A stretch of DNA of 64,000 nucleotides from a bacterium (GCA_013360215.1 JABWCP010000005.1:1-64000); one strand, 5' to 3'. Counted from the first letter of the stretch, positions 10,501 through 19,917 are shown. Made by a program: numbers and translations. Notes: a model not told the origin generated them from the sequence alone.

Positions 10501-10819
10501 CAACAACCTCATCAGTAACGCCGTCAAATACACACCTAAAAATGGCCGCATCCGTGTCTATGCCGAAGTATCGGGCATGTTTATGCATATTCATGTCGAA
10601 GACAATGGCCAGGGCCTAACGCAGGAAGATTTATCCAGCGCTTTCAAAACATTCACGCGATTGAGCGCCACACCTACCGATGGTGAAACCAGCACCGGGT
10701 TAGGGCTGGCCATCGTAAAAAAAATAGTCGAACTCCACGGCGGTTCGGTCTGGGTGCGATCAGAAAAAAATAAAGGCTCGACATTTAGTTTTTCCGTTTC
10801 GCTCGAAGGACACCATTAA
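7568..10819 (+). CDS. Sensor histidine kinase with periplasmic beta-propeller (Reg_prop repeats) and Y_Y_Y domain
   Basis: Many D..G.LW(V/I)GT..GL repeats, Y_Y_Y (YAYRLEG...YTNLDPGKYVFQV), TM, HisKA AVHDLRSP, HATPase N/G1/G2 boxes. No receiver domain. Start placed at ATG 7568 (ORF open from 7514). Confidence 0.92.
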   Translation: MTKYVWRSLLFFEITLISLICSVTAQVRFVDLDRLSLEEGLSQSSAICMLQDRQGFLWIGTEDGLNRYDGYSIKIFKADPADSGALQNAWITSLFEDHTGNLWVGTRGGLHRYDAARNKFISIPLDNTSLSVFAITEDLQHHLWVGTQQAGLFRKSASTADWRQYRFDPADPRSVSSNDIFVLYTDDIGRVWIGTRDNGLNRYDAMADNFIRYQPTTGNPYSISGLSIRSIRQYKTEIWIGTLNNGVNRLDPLTGRFNSYQPDASKPGSIAHNSIWSLFADSKGILWVGTFGNGVMQYDPAGDSFVQIQSKPSSTPRNDQVVVSILEDRSGMMWFGTIGDGLRKYLRIKDRFQFINAHPNPKRGLPDNMIWSLHEDRQSNIWISTQKGITVYNPKKEVFSQYTNPRREAWKLGETAYAMAQDSNGVIWFATFGDGLKRFDPRTQRISAFQVNKFSPGGIPTNNILALYVDHENVLWVGTYDAGLLRLEPGNRTFKVFKKKEKDSTSLQDNQVRTVFEDARGVLWVGTAQGGLHRFDRNSSTFKVYSTQSPGLKRLQNNFVSAVSEDKDGSLWVATYGGLHRMNRETETFICYSEKNGLASNQIYALIKDQRGRFWMTTSHGLSVLDPHDAVPVFRNYTSHHGLQSDEFNMGAAIRNVSGTIMAGGVSGVVIFHPDSLESKKYDVPVAITAVRVANRMLEHEPWDDKYTTLRHDQSTLAFEFASFDFSFPEQNKYAYRLEGFETEWSDADASRRTVNYTNLDPGKYVFQVRGTNSDGHWSDKTAAFRFEILPPFYKTWWFVGSSIFLIVFLAILFYRIRIRRIENQKNELARQITERTRELREKNSELERVNAIRNELLGMAVHDLRSPISAIRNLVQFHLEALKNQINDRETDMHDMERALSLSDRISSTLNDLLDISAIESGKLSINKLPENIETIIHDAFELNLRAAERKGTTLKSDIAPNLPKILVDRIRIADVLNNLISNAVKYTPKNGRIRVYAEVSGMFMHIHVEDNGQGLTQEDLSSAFKTFTRLSATPTDGETSTGLGLAIVKKIVELHGGSVWVRSEKNKGSTFSFSVSLEGHH

Positions 10820-10870
10820 TCCGTTCGGGTCGGCCTCTTTTCTGCGCGCCGCGTTACTTTGAAATCCTCC

Positions 10871-10899
10871 TTGCAATCCATTTCGGTTTTTTCTAATAT
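10871..10899 (+). promoter_or_regulatory. Putative sigma70 promoter of mqnC
   Basis: TTGCAA-N17-TAATAT. Confidence 0.5.
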
Positions 10900-10950
10900 G
10901 GCGCGTTCCAAGTTTCAAAAATAATTGAAACTTTAAATGAAAGCGAATTT

Positions 10951-12036
10951 ATGCTGCAGAAGATTTTTGATAAAATCGAAAACAACGAACGCCTGACGTT
11001 TGAAGACGGGATGACGCTGTACGCTTGCAAAGAGCTACCGCTGCTCGGTTTCCTCGCCAACCATGTTCGCCAAAAAAAGCGTCCGGGCAATCAAGTCACG
11101 TATATCATTGATCGTAATATCAACTATACCAACGTCTGCGTTGATCTGTGCAGTTTTTGTGCTTTTTATCGCCCGATAGGTCACGACGAAGGTTACGTCC
11201 TTCCTACGGAAGTTATTGATGAAAAAATTGACGAACTTATCGCACTGGAAGGCATTCAGATCCTTATGCAAGGCGGACTGAATCCAAAACTCAAAATCAC
11301 TTATTACGAAGATTTATTTCGTCATCTGCGCTCCAAATACCCTCAGATTTGGCTGCACTGCCTGAGCGCCCCGGAAATCCGCTACATCGCCAAAGTTTCG
11401 GGACTTACGCTGGATGAAACGGTTGCGCGACTCAAAGCCGCCGGACTTCAGTCTGTGCCCGGTGCCGGCGCAGAGATCCTTGTAGATCGTGTTCGCTCGG
11501 AAATTTCACGCGGAAAATGCGACACCCAAGAGTGGCTGGATGCGCATAGTATATTTCACAAACACGGCTTGACATCCACGGCGACGATGATGTACGGCCA
11601 TGTGGAAACCCGCGAAGAGCGCATCGAGCATATTCTTAAAATCCGCGATCTTCAGGATAACAGTTTAAAAAACTACGGCCTCGGTTTTACCGCATTTATC
11701 CCGTGGAATTTCCAGCCGGATAATGTACCTCTCGGCAAAAACCAAAACCTGCGTACCACCACGACAGTAGAGTATCTCCAGACATTAGCCATTTCTCGCC
11801 TTTTGCTTGATAATATTGATAATTTTCAGGTGTCTTGGGTTACACAAGGGCAAGACATCGGCCAATTAGGCCTCAATTATGGCGCCAACGACTTTGGCAG
11901 TCTCATGATCGAAGAAAATGTTGTAAGCCAAAACGGTACCTCTTTTAACGTAACGGTGAAAGACATAGAAAAAATGATCCGTGATGCCGGTTATGAACCC
12001 AAACGCCGAAATAATCAATACACTTTTGTGAATTGA
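10951..12036 (+). CDS. mqnC: Cyclic dehypoxanthine futalosine synthase (radical SAM, CofH/MqnC family)
   Basis: TYIIDRNINYTNVCVDLCSFCAFYR (CxxxCxxC), ILMQGG, PGAGAEIL, ATMMYGHVE, FTAFIPW.FQP, GANDFGS.MIEENVVS. Confidence 0.9.
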   Translation: MLQKIFDKIENNERLTFEDGMTLYACKELPLLGFLANHVRQKKRPGNQVTYIIDRNINYTNVCVDLCSFCAFYRPIGHDEGYVLPTEVIDEKIDELIALEGIQILMQGGLNPKLKITYYEDLFRHLRSKYPQIWLHCLSAPEIRYIAKVSGLTLDETVARLKAAGLQSVPGAGAEILVDRVRSEISRGKCDTQEWLDAHSIFHKHGLTSTATMMYGHVETREERIEHILKIRDLQDNSLKNYGLGFTAFIPWNFQPDNVPLGKNQNLRTTTTVEYLQTLAISRLLLDNIDNFQVSWVTQGQDIGQLGLNYGANDFGSLMIEENVVSQNGTSFNVTVKDIEKMIRDAGYEPKRRNNQYTFVN

Positions 12037-12136
12037 TTGATCATAGCCTCTTCGCAATAGCATGTCACGTAACAAGCGGATTGTTTTTTGATTCCTAAAT
12101 TAATTTAAAACCGGATTCACGGTTTATTTCCTTTCT

Positions 12137-12595
12137 ATGACAAAACTCTCATCCGAAGATGTCCTCCGCATATTAGACTTGCAGCCGCACCCCGAAGGCG
12201 GCGCTTATCGCGAAACTTACCGTTCAAAAAATCAGGCAAATGTGGATCCGCAACGATCGGTATGTACGGCGATTTATTTTTTAGTACAAGCACATCAAAA
12301 AACAGAGTGGCATCGTGTCACATATGATGAAATGTATCATCACTACGCCGGCACAATATTGGATGTCCTCCTCATTAGCCCCGACGGTGTTTTTGAAAAA
12401 CATAAACTTGGCGATGATTTAGAGACGGGTGCGCGACCGCAACTGTTGATTCCCGGTGGTTATTGGCAATCGGTACAAGCGCATGATTTTTGGGTTTTGG
12501 TAGGATGTACGGTCTCTCCGGGGTTCGATTTTTCAGATTTTGAATTATCCAATGAAGCCGCTTTAAAAAAGCAATTTCCTCACCTATCCTTTTGA
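12137..12595 (+). CDS. Cupin_5 (DUF985) family protein
   Basis: LDLQPHPEGGAYRETYRS, TAIYFL, WHRV..DE.YHHYAG, GCTVSPGFDF. Confidence 0.9.
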   Translation: MTKLSSEDVLRILDLQPHPEGGAYRETYRSKNQANVDPQRSVCTAIYFLVQAHQKTEWHRVTYDEMYHHYAGTILDVLLISPDGVFEKHKLGDDLETGARPQLLIPGGYWQSVQAHDFWVLVGCTVSPGFDFSDFELSNEAALKKQFPHLSF

Positions 12596-12606
12596 AAGGT
12601 ACACGT

Positions 12607-13569
12607 ATGACCACGCAGGAAGTTTTTATCAACAAAAATTATCAGATGCGTGCAGGATGGCGCGTACTTATTTTCATTGTCGCTTTTATCCTGATCAGCA
12701 TGCCATCCGTTTATCTGGGATTATTATTTACTAAGTTTCTTGAGTTCCCCAAAGAATACAATGAAATTATCGTAAAATTTTTAACCACTATTATCCCTTT
12801 AGGTTTATCATTTTTCCTCTTGAAAAAACTCGATAACCGCTCTACCGACTATCTTGGATTAAAAACGGATCGTGCCGGATTTATAGAGTTGGCGTGGGGA
12901 CTTCTGATCGGTTTTGTAATGTTGACGATTGCGGTTCTAATACCGTACGCGATGGGTTACGTGACGCTTCAGTTCGCAGCGGAACCGCCTTCGTATTTTT
13001 TTAGCGGTCTGGCATTCAATCTTTTACTTTTCATCGTCGTAGGTTTTAACGAAGAAATTTTATTCAGGGGTTATATCTTTCAAGCTACCGGTGAGGGACT
13101 TGGGTTCATCAGCGCCACGCTGCTTTATTCTCTGCTTTTTGGTGCCGCTCATCTCGGAAATCCGAATGTCTCTGTATTTGGCATTATTAATATCGTGTTG
13201 GCCGGAGTCTTATTATCGCTCGCGTATATCAAAACACGTGCACTTTGGATGCCGATCGGCATTCACATCGCGTGGAATTTTACGCAGGGATATATTTGGG
13301 GGTTACCGGTGAGCGGGACGACGGTCATTCAACCAATGATCATCGCTCAGGAGATCGGACCGGACGAAATCACCGGTGGATCATTTGGTCCTGAAGGCGG
13401 CATCATGTGCTCGATCGTATGCATCGGCGCTTGTTTATTGATATGGAAATATTTCACCCCATCCGATGCGATGAAGCAGGTCATACAAGAGGCCAAAGCC
13501 GCTCAACCATTCAAACCCGATATCAGCAAATCCGCCAGTAATACTAACCCGGATAGCGAAGTTTCATAA
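12607..13569 (+). CDS. CPBP family intramembrane metalloprotease (CAAX/Abi)
   Basis: EEILFRGY, F.AAH..NP, HIAWNF motifs, multiple TM helices. ATG at 12607. Confidence 0.9.
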   Translation: MTTQEVFINKNYQMRAGWRVLIFIVAFILISMPSVYLGLLFTKFLEFPKEYNEIIVKFLTTIIPLGLSFFLLKKLDNRSTDYLGLKTDRAGFIELAWGLLIGFVMLTIAVLIPYAMGYVTLQFAAEPPSYFFSGLAFNLLLFIVVGFNEEILFRGYIFQATGEGLGFISATLLYSLLFGAAHLGNPNVSVFGIINIVLAGVLLSLAYIKTRALWMPIGIHIAWNFTQGYIWGLPVSGTTVIQPMIIAQEIGPDEITGGSFGPEGGIMCSIVCIGACLLIWKYFTPSDAMKQVIQEAKAAQPFKPDISKSASNTNPDSEVS

Positions 13570-13706
13570 ATATTTTCAAGAAAACTATCCCCAAAAACCG
13601 CAGATGGGGCGACTAACCACCGTATTTACGTTAGATTGATAGGGAATTTTTTGTTTTACCGTTAAAAACAAAATGTACCCATAAGCTAACTTAAAGAGAG
13701 GTGGAT

Positions 13707-14807
13707 ATGAATCGAATTATCTTTTTTTTGGGAGTTTTATCTTTTTCGTCTTTTCTTTTTGCACATGACGGAGATATACACAAAGATTCTTCCAGTACGA
13801 CCGTTCGTACGATAACCCATGTTGCTCCCAATATCTATATGATACGCCATCCGGACGCCCCGGACGGGTTTCCGCAAGGTAATACTACGGTTATCATCGG
13901 TGATCGCGAAGTATTGGTAGTGGATGCCTGCTACTTGCCTTCTTCAGCCAAACAAGATATCGAACAAATTCAAAAATGGACTTCCAAACCGGTACGTTAT
14001 CTCGTTAACACCCACTGGCACTACGATCACACGATGGGCAACGGGACATACGCCGAGGCTTTTCCGGGTATTTCCATCATCGCGCATCACGAAACAAAAA
14101 AAATTATTCAGGGTTATAACCCGGGTTGGTTTGCCCGTTTTCCCAATCGTTCAGCGATTTTTAAAAGTGCCATCGAATCCGGAAAAGACGCCAATGGTAG
14201 CAAATTATCCGAAAGTGATATACGCGACTACAAAAAGTATCTTGACGGATTGACACCGGTACAAGAAGAATTTAGTAAGATCAAAGATCGCGCGCCCAAT
14301 CTTTCGTTTGATCATGAGTTGACAATAGATCTCGGTAATCGTGAAGTGCAAATAAAACATCTGGGACGTGGAAATTCAGCCGGCGATATAATCCTTTATT
14401 TACCCAAAGAAAAAATCATCGTCATCGGCGATTTGATGGATCACCCTGTACCGTATCTGGGCAGCGGGTTCCCCGGCGAACAAGTCGAAACGCTCAACAA
14501 AATTGCGCAGCTTGATGCGGATACATTTATACCGGGTCACGGGAATATCCTCACCGGTAAATCCTATCTTTTCTTATTACGAGACTTTATCGCCGAAGTC
14601 GTCGCGGCGGTACGCACTGAAATCGAAAAAGTCGGAAACAACCCTCGGCTTATAGAGCAAGTCCGTGAGTCTGTTCACAAACGGGTTGATTTTACGGCAT
14701 GGAAAAAGAGATTTGTCGGTGACAATAAAGAAGACGGCGATTTTTTTGACAGCTTCTCTGTTCAAGGCGTTTTTAACTGCGCTTTCAATGAGCTTGTGAG
14801 AAAATAA
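13707..14807 (+). CDS. Secreted MBL-fold metallo-hydrolase (cyclase-like)
   Basis: Signal peptide, NTHWHYDHTMGN (HxHxDH), GD and PGHG motifs. Confidence 0.88.
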   Translation: MNRIIFFLGVLSFSSFLFAHDGDIHKDSSSTTVRTITHVAPNIYMIRHPDAPDGFPQGNTTVIIGDREVLVVDACYLPSSAKQDIEQIQKWTSKPVRYLVNTHWHYDHTMGNGTYAEAFPGISIIAHHETKKIIQGYNPGWFARFPNRSAIFKSAIESGKDANGSKLSESDIRDYKKYLDGLTPVQEEFSKIKDRAPNLSFDHELTIDLGNREVQIKHLGRGNSAGDIILYLPKEKIIVIGDLMDHPVPYLGSGFPGEQVETLNKIAQLDADTFIPGHGNILTGKSYLFLLRDFIAEVVAAVRTEIEKVGNNPRLIEQVRESVHKRVDFTAWKKRFVGDNKEDGDFFDSFSVQGVFNCAFNELVRK

Positions 14808-14848
14808 TTTTTGGCACTCGTTTTATAAACCGGCTTATTCATACTCCG

Positions 14849-14927
14849 TAGAGGTTATGCGGTTAAGATATTAAACTCTGGACATTTCATGTTCATGGTT
14901 GTCTGTCAATCTTTAGCATAACCTCTA
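14849..14927. repeat. 79-bp long hairpin, MITE-like element or structured RNA
   Basis: Perfect 12-bp terminal inverted repeat TAGAGGTTATGC...GCATAACCTCTA with further imperfect internal pairing. Confidence 0.55.
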
Positions 14928-15188
14928 TTGTTATAAAATTCTTCCCTCTCCATTCGCCACTCATATTCATAATTAGCTGCCATTTTAAGGGCCTCACCGT
15001 TTAGTTATACTGATTTAATAGGAAGCGAAATCACGTAATTTACGCAAACTATTGTAAAATCAACACTTTTTCAATTGACTTACCGATATTTTTTTGTTAT
15101 ATTCGCGGGTTGCGCTAGGAGTTTGATTTTTAATATTTTCAATAATTTAGCGCGTTGCAACAAACTATTCATTGTGTTTGAGGCTTTC

Positions 15189-16217
15189 ATGAAACTTGCA
15201 GATTTTAAGTTTAAGTTACCGGAAAAATACATCGCGCAGTACCCGGTCGAACCGCGGGACAAAGCCAAACTTATGGTTTTGGATCGTAAAACGGGTGATA
15301 TCGAAGATAAAATATTCCGCGATATTACGGAACACATCACAAAAAACGATTGCCTCGTTCTCAACGAAACTCGTGTATTTCCTGCCCGTTTGATGGCCCG
15401 CAAAGAAAAAACCAACGCTAAAGTCGAAGTGTTTTTGCTGCGCGAACTAGAGAACAATCTGTGGGAAGTGCTTGTCAAACCCGCACGCAAAGTGCGTATC
15501 GGCAATCGTTTGGTAGTTGACGGCGTCTATTGCGATGTTATTGATAATACGGTTTCCGGAGGTCGTGTTGTTCGCTTCATTTACCCTCAAGCCGATTTCC
15601 ATAAATTTATAGACAAAGTAGGCCAGTGCCCCCTGCCGCCGTATATCAAACGTTCTGCCGAAGAAAGCGATAAAGAAGATTATCAAACCGTATTTGCACG
15701 TGTACGCGGCTCAGTTGCAGCACCCACGGCAGGCCTGCATTTTACCAAAGAACTGCTCGGACGCCTGAAACGTAAGGGTGTTACTATCGTACCGCTCGTG
15801 TTGCACGTCGGTCTAGGTACTTTCCGTAAAGTGCAGGTGGAAGATTTATCTCGTCATAAAATGGATTCGGAATACTTTGAAATACCGGAAATTACAGCGC
15901 GTGCGATCAATCAAACCAAAGATAAAGGCGGCAAAGTGATCGCCGTGGGTTCGACCGTCGTACGCAGCATTGAATCCGCCGTTACCTCGCTTAACCGCGT
16001 AAAACCACATCGTGGTTGGACTGATAAGTTTATGTATCCGCCGTATGAATTTAAAATCGTTGATAAAATGGTTACCAATTTTCATACACCGGAATCCACA
16101 CTTTTGATGCTGGCCGCAGCATTTGGCGGGAAAGACAACATCTTCAAGGCATACAAAAAAGCGATGAAAGACAATTATCGTTTCTACAGCTTTGGCGATG
16201 CGATGCTGATCGAATAA
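15189..16217 (+). CDS. queA: S-adenosylmethionine:tRNA ribosyltransferase-isomerase
   Basis: F.LP...IAQYP, LVLNETRVFPARL, PLPPYIKR, YQTVFA, GSVAAPTAGLHF, TNFH.P.STL, YRFYSFGDAMLI. ATG at 15189. Confidence 0.97.
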   Translation: MKLADFKFKLPEKYIAQYPVEPRDKAKLMVLDRKTGDIEDKIFRDITEHITKNDCLVLNETRVFPARLMARKEKTNAKVEVFLLRELENNLWEVLVKPARKVRIGNRLVVDGVYCDVIDNTVSGGRVVRFIYPQADFHKFIDKVGQCPLPPYIKRSAEESDKEDYQTVFARVRGSVAAPTAGLHFTKELLGRLKRKGVTIVPLVLHVGLGTFRKVQVEDLSRHKMDSEYFEIPEITARAINQTKDKGGKVIAVGSTVVRSIESAVTSLNRVKPHRGWTDKFMYPPYEFKIVDKMVTNFHTPESTLLMLAAAFGGKDNIFKAYKKAMKDNYRFYSFGDAMLIE

Positions 16218-16239
16218 AAAACTACATGTTCATGAAGAT

Positions 16240-16269
16240 AAAAAACCCGCTTTTTGAGCGGGTTTTTTT
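16240..16269. terminator. Bidirectional terminator between queA and the SRPBCC gene
   Basis: AAAAAACCCGCT-TTTTG-AGCGGGTTTTTTT between convergent genes. Confidence 0.88.
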
Positions 16270-16294
16270 ATTTAAGCAAATATATACTAAAACA

Positions 16295-16717
16295 TCAAAC
16301 GGCGACAACGTACTTTGCAAAGTTATCGAGAATCGCTTGCCATCCATTTCTTTGCATATCAACGGGGTTCTCCTGTTCCGCATCAAAAACGCTAACGATT
16401 TTCGTGCTTTTTCCTGATTGAGAAAAATGTACGCGTACTTTCCTTCCGTCTTCCATCGTATAAGCGATCAATTCATGCTGTACCACTTCATCGTACGTGC
16501 CTGTGAAATCAAAGCCGAAACTGCCGTCTTTGGCTTCCATACGCGATAAAAAACGCCCGCCGACACGTAAATCATTTTCTGCTTTTGTTGTATGCCAGTC
16601 GTCCGAGGCCGCATTCCACTTAACGATATGTTCAGGTGATGTCCACACTGACCAAACTTTTTCTATAGAGGCTTGTATCGTAGCCTCTATAGTGACTTGC
16701 GTATATGGGTTTTGCAT
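16295..16717 (-). CDS. SRPBCC/AHSA1 domain protein
   Basis: VW..WT.PEHI.KWN.ASDDWH, DLRVGG.F..RMEAKDGS.GFDF, GWQAILDNF. Confidence 0.9.
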   Translation of the reverse strand: MQNPYTQVTIEATIQASIEKVWSVWTSPEHIVKWNAASDDWHTTKAENDLRVGGRFLSRMEAKDGSFGFDFTGTYDEVVQHELIAYTMEDGRKVRVHFSQSGKSTKIVSVFDAEQENPVDMQRNGWQAILDNFAKYVVAV

Positions 16718-16789
16718 GAATTTGATCTTTCAAAAAACGTTGGTTATCTCATTTAGAACATGTCAGTTTGATAAAAAGTAACTGCGCTT

Positions 16790-17434
16790 TTACTTCTTCA
16801 AGAGTTTAAAGGCATGCATCCATGAATTGGATGTAAAACCCGGAATACACCATAATATACAGAGCGGTTCTATCGCGCGGGCGGCTTCGACTTTGCCCAT
16901 ATCCGCCCAATCCCAACCAAACTGAGTTAATATAGACGTGACTTGCGCTTTGGCTGCATCGTTATTACCACAAATGAACATGGTGGGCGTACCTTCCGCC
17001 ATTTTGGGATTGACCATCAGGGCATTGCCAACACAACTAAAAGCTTTGACAAAATTGGCCTCCGGCGCAAGAACCTGTAATTGCTCCATCAATGATTCAT
17101 TGGGTCCGGTAAAAAATTGCAATACGCCGTTGACCGGAGGAACTTCTTTGATCGGGTTATTTACATCAATCACTGTTTTGTTTTTTAGGTTGTTGATGCC
17201 GGCGCTTTTGACTGCATCTGCAGCCGCATGACCTTTTACGGCAAGCACGATCAACTCACCAAATGATGCAGCCGATGCCATACTTCCCACCTGAGCTTTA
17301 TCACCGTTTTTGGATTTCCAGTCGGATAATTTATTTACGTCACGCGTTCCCATCATCACTTCATGACCATGTTTGATAAAACCACTGGCTAATACCTGAG
17401 CCACCTGACCGGAGCCGAGTACACCTATTTTCAT
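16790..17434 (-). CDS. NADPH-dependent F420 reductase / pyrroline-5-carboxylate reductase-like dinucleotide-binding enzyme
   Basis: GVLGSGQVA Rossmann motif, LAVK, IDVNNP, VKAF, ARAIEPL. Confidence 0.85.
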   Translation of the reverse strand: MKIGVLGSGQVAQVLASGFIKHGHEVMMGTRDVNKLSDWKSKNGDKAQVGSMASAASFGELIVLAVKGHAAADAVKSAGINNLKNKTVIDVNNPIKEVPPVNGVLQFFTGPNESLMEQLQVLAPEANFVKAFSCVGNALMVNPKMAEGTPTMFICGNNDAAKAQVTSILTQFGWDWADMGKVEAARAIEPLCILWCIPGFTSNSWMHAFKLLKK

Positions 17435-17531
17435 ATTAATTTCTCCATTAGTTAATAAACTTTTTAAAATCGTTTTTCATCATATTCCGCGATTTGAATT
17501 GTATCCAATATCGCGAAACTAATTTGTTTAA

Positions 17532-19325
17532 TTAATTTTTTCGTGCCGAGTTTGCTTCCATCATATTTTTAACCGTCATATCGGATTTATTTTCTCCGAT
17601 TTGTTGACGCCACATGGCGTAATACAGTCCTTTTTGTGCAAGCAATTCGTCATGTTTTCCGGCTTCCCCTATGCGGCCTTTTTCTAATACGAATATCCGG
17701 TCGGCATGCATGATAGTCGAAAGGCGGTGCGCAATACATATCGTCATATGTTCCTGACGATGTGAGATATCACGGATCGTATGCGTGATTTCTTCTTCTG
17801 TCAGCGAATCAAGACTTGATGTCGCTTCATCAAAAACCAACAAACGCGGACGACGTAATAGCGCGCGGACTATGGACAAGCGTTGTTTTTCACCACCAGA
17901 AACCTTAACGCCGCCTTCGCCGATAACCGTATCGAGGCCCTTATCGGCACGCGCCAGCAAACTGCCGCATGCGGCTTTATTCAAAACATCGAGACATTCC
18001 TGATCCGTTGCCTTCGGATTGACAAACAATAGATTCTCCCGTATCGTACCCGCAAAAAGCTGTGTATCTTGCGTAACAAAGCCGATCTGCTCACGCAGCA
18101 CATCCAAATCAATCGTGTCGCCGCCATGGCCGTTATATCGTACGATACCGGACTGCGGTTTGTATAAACCGACAAGAAGTTTGACCAACGTTGTTTTACC
18201 GGCACCCGACGGGCCGACAAATGCAATCGTCTCGCCGCGATGCACCGAAAATGAAATTCCGTCCAAAGCATGGCGCTGCGCAGACTGATGTTTGAATACT
18301 ACATTTTCAAATTCTAATTTTTCTATATCGGCGATCGGTACGGGATTGGCCGGTTTGGCTTCGCGCGGCGTGTTGAGAATATCTTCAAAATTTTTGAGTG
18401 ACACCTCGGCTTCGCGATAAATATTGATAACGTTGCCTAACTCCTGTAACGGGCCAAATATGAAAAAGGAATAAATGAACAACGAAAAAAATTCGCCAAA
18501 TGTGATCTCCTGTGCGAAGATCAGATATAACATGATAAATAAAATCGAATTTCTAAGAAAATTAACCAGGGTCCCTTGTACAAAACTCAAGCTCCGTATG
18601 TACTTCACTTTTTTGAGTTCCAGCTTCAGTATCTTTTTGGTTGTACCGTTGAGACGTTCGATTTCTTGCTGTGCCAATCCCAAACTTTTGACCAATTCGA
18701 TATTGCGCAGGGATTCCGTCGTCGAACCCGCCAGTGCCGTGGTTTCTGAGACAATGGCTTTTTGGACTACTTTGATCTTTTTGCTAAGTACCGAACTCAC
18801 CCAGCCGATAATCGGTATGGTAGAAAAGTAAATCGGAGCGATAACCCAATGCACGCTGATCGCGTATGCCGTCACGAAAATAATTCCAACCAATGTCGTA
18901 AATAAAATATTGATAAAGGCTGAGATCAGGCGTTCGACATCGGTTCTGACTTTTTGAAGTTTACCCAGTGTTTCTCCGCTGCGCTGATCTTCAAACGTGC
19001 TATAAGGAAGCTCCAGTGAATGCCGCAGACCGTCGGAGTATATTTGCGCACCTAATTTTTGTGTGATCGTATTGATATAATAGTCCTGAAAATTTTTGGC
19101 AACACGCGACACAAAAGCGACGCCGATCGCCGCGCCGAGTAATACGGATACGCCTTTGACAAACTCCTCAAACGAATAATCTTTGTAACGCGTCGCATAT
19201 TCGTCGATCACGTGACGAAAAATCCACGGATCAAGCAACGAAAAAATCTGATTGACCGCTGCCAAAAACAACGCCAAAGCAACCAACTTCCAATAATTTT
19301 TCAGATACCCGATCAATAACTTCAT
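17532..19325 (-). CDS. ABC exporter, fused permease/ATPase (MsbA/Atm1-like)
   Basis: N-terminal TM domain, GPSGAGKTT, VSGGEKQR, FDEATSSLD, IAHRLST. Confidence 0.93.
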   Translation of the reverse strand: MKLLIGYLKNYWKLVALALFLAAVNQIFSLLDPWIFRHVIDEYATRYKDYSFEEFVKGVSVLLGAAIGVAFVSRVAKNFQDYYINTITQKLGAQIYSDGLRHSLELPYSTFEDQRSGETLGKLQKVRTDVERLISAFINILFTTLVGIIFVTAYAISVHWVIAPIYFSTIPIIGWVSSVLSKKIKVVQKAIVSETTALAGSTTESLRNIELVKSLGLAQQEIERLNGTTKKILKLELKKVKYIRSLSFVQGTLVNFLRNSILFIMLYLIFAQEITFGEFFSLFIYSFFIFGPLQELGNVINIYREAEVSLKNFEDILNTPREAKPANPVPIADIEKLEFENVVFKHQSAQRHALDGISFSVHRGETIAFVGPSGAGKTTLVKLLVGLYKPQSGIVRYNGHGGDTIDLDVLREQIGFVTQDTQLFAGTIRENLLFVNPKATDQECLDVLNKAACGSLLARADKGLDTVIGEGGVKVSGGEKQRLSIVRALLRRPRLLVFDEATSSLDSLTEEEITHTIRDISHRQEHMTICIAHRLSTIMHADRIFVLEKGRIGEAGKHDELLAQKGLYYAMWRQQIGENKSDMTVKNMMEANSARKN

Positions 19326-19359
19326 AATCTCATACTTTCAATTAACTGACTTAGCAAAA

Positions 19360-19584
19360 TTATTCTGTAATCATTTCGACCAGACGACGTATGCGCGGAA
19401 CAGCTATGTACGCGACGGGAAAAGCCACTAAAAACGAAAAACCCCAGGCCTGAAGCCATAAATTGACATGCCACATTTCTACACCAAATGTGCGAAGTGT
19501 CATAACCAGTGACATAATGCAACTCAACGTCAGCGCCATAAAGAGGACGAATAACACTTGGGAATGCTTTTTGTTAAACTTCAT
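19360..19584 (-). CDS. DUF2798-like small membrane protein
   Basis: MAL.LS.IMS...WL.AW..SF.VAFP......P pattern, two TM helices. Confidence 0.75.
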   Translation of the reverse strand: MKFNKKHSQVLFVLFMALTLSCIMSLVMTLRTFGVEMWHVNLWLQAWGFSFLVAFPVAYIAVPRIRRLVEMITE

Positions 19585-19599
19585 ACTTAGAATCCGCTT

Positions 19600-19896
19600 T
19601 TAATTGATCGAAAATAAGGTCGAACGCACTGTAGCTTTATTGTGAAAAGCTAATTCATAAATATCGAAGCGAAAATAATCATACAGTGGAAACGTAGCTA
19701 ATATGTCAAACGCTTCCGAATCACTTTGAGCCCGGATGACAATCCAGAGTTTGGTACGATCGGCAGACAAAGCATAACTTTGTACAACCCGTTCTTCCAA
19801 TAACCGATTGATCAATGTGCGCTGTTCCGGAATTTTGGAGAAAAACGCTTCATCGGGAAATTCTGGTAAAGATACATCCACCATATATTGATTCAC
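19600..19896 (-). CDS. Muconolactone delta-isomerase-like (dimeric alpha/beta barrel) protein
   Basis: YMVD..LP, IPEQR..INRL, SYALS.DR..LW, FPL motif. GTG start with a GGAGG RBS. Confidence 0.7.
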   Translation of the reverse strand: MNQYMVDVSLPEFPDEAFFSKIPEQRTLINRLLEERVVQSYALSADRTKLWIVIRAQSDSEAFDILATFPLYDYFRFDIYELAFHNKATVRSTLFSIN

Positions 19897-19917
19897 TGTA
19901 CACCTCCTGCATTATTT

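Noticed and set aside
10951-12036. CofH (F420 biosynthesis) call, given the nearby F420-reductase-like gene
   Set aside because: The motifs and length fit MqnC better, and the reductase family is common in organisms without F420.
15075-15188. N-terminal extensions in the ORF track for queA (also tex, clpC, pepE, alkA)
   Set aside because: Family homology and RBS positions favour downstream ATGs (15189, 37519, 52800, 28779, 41568).
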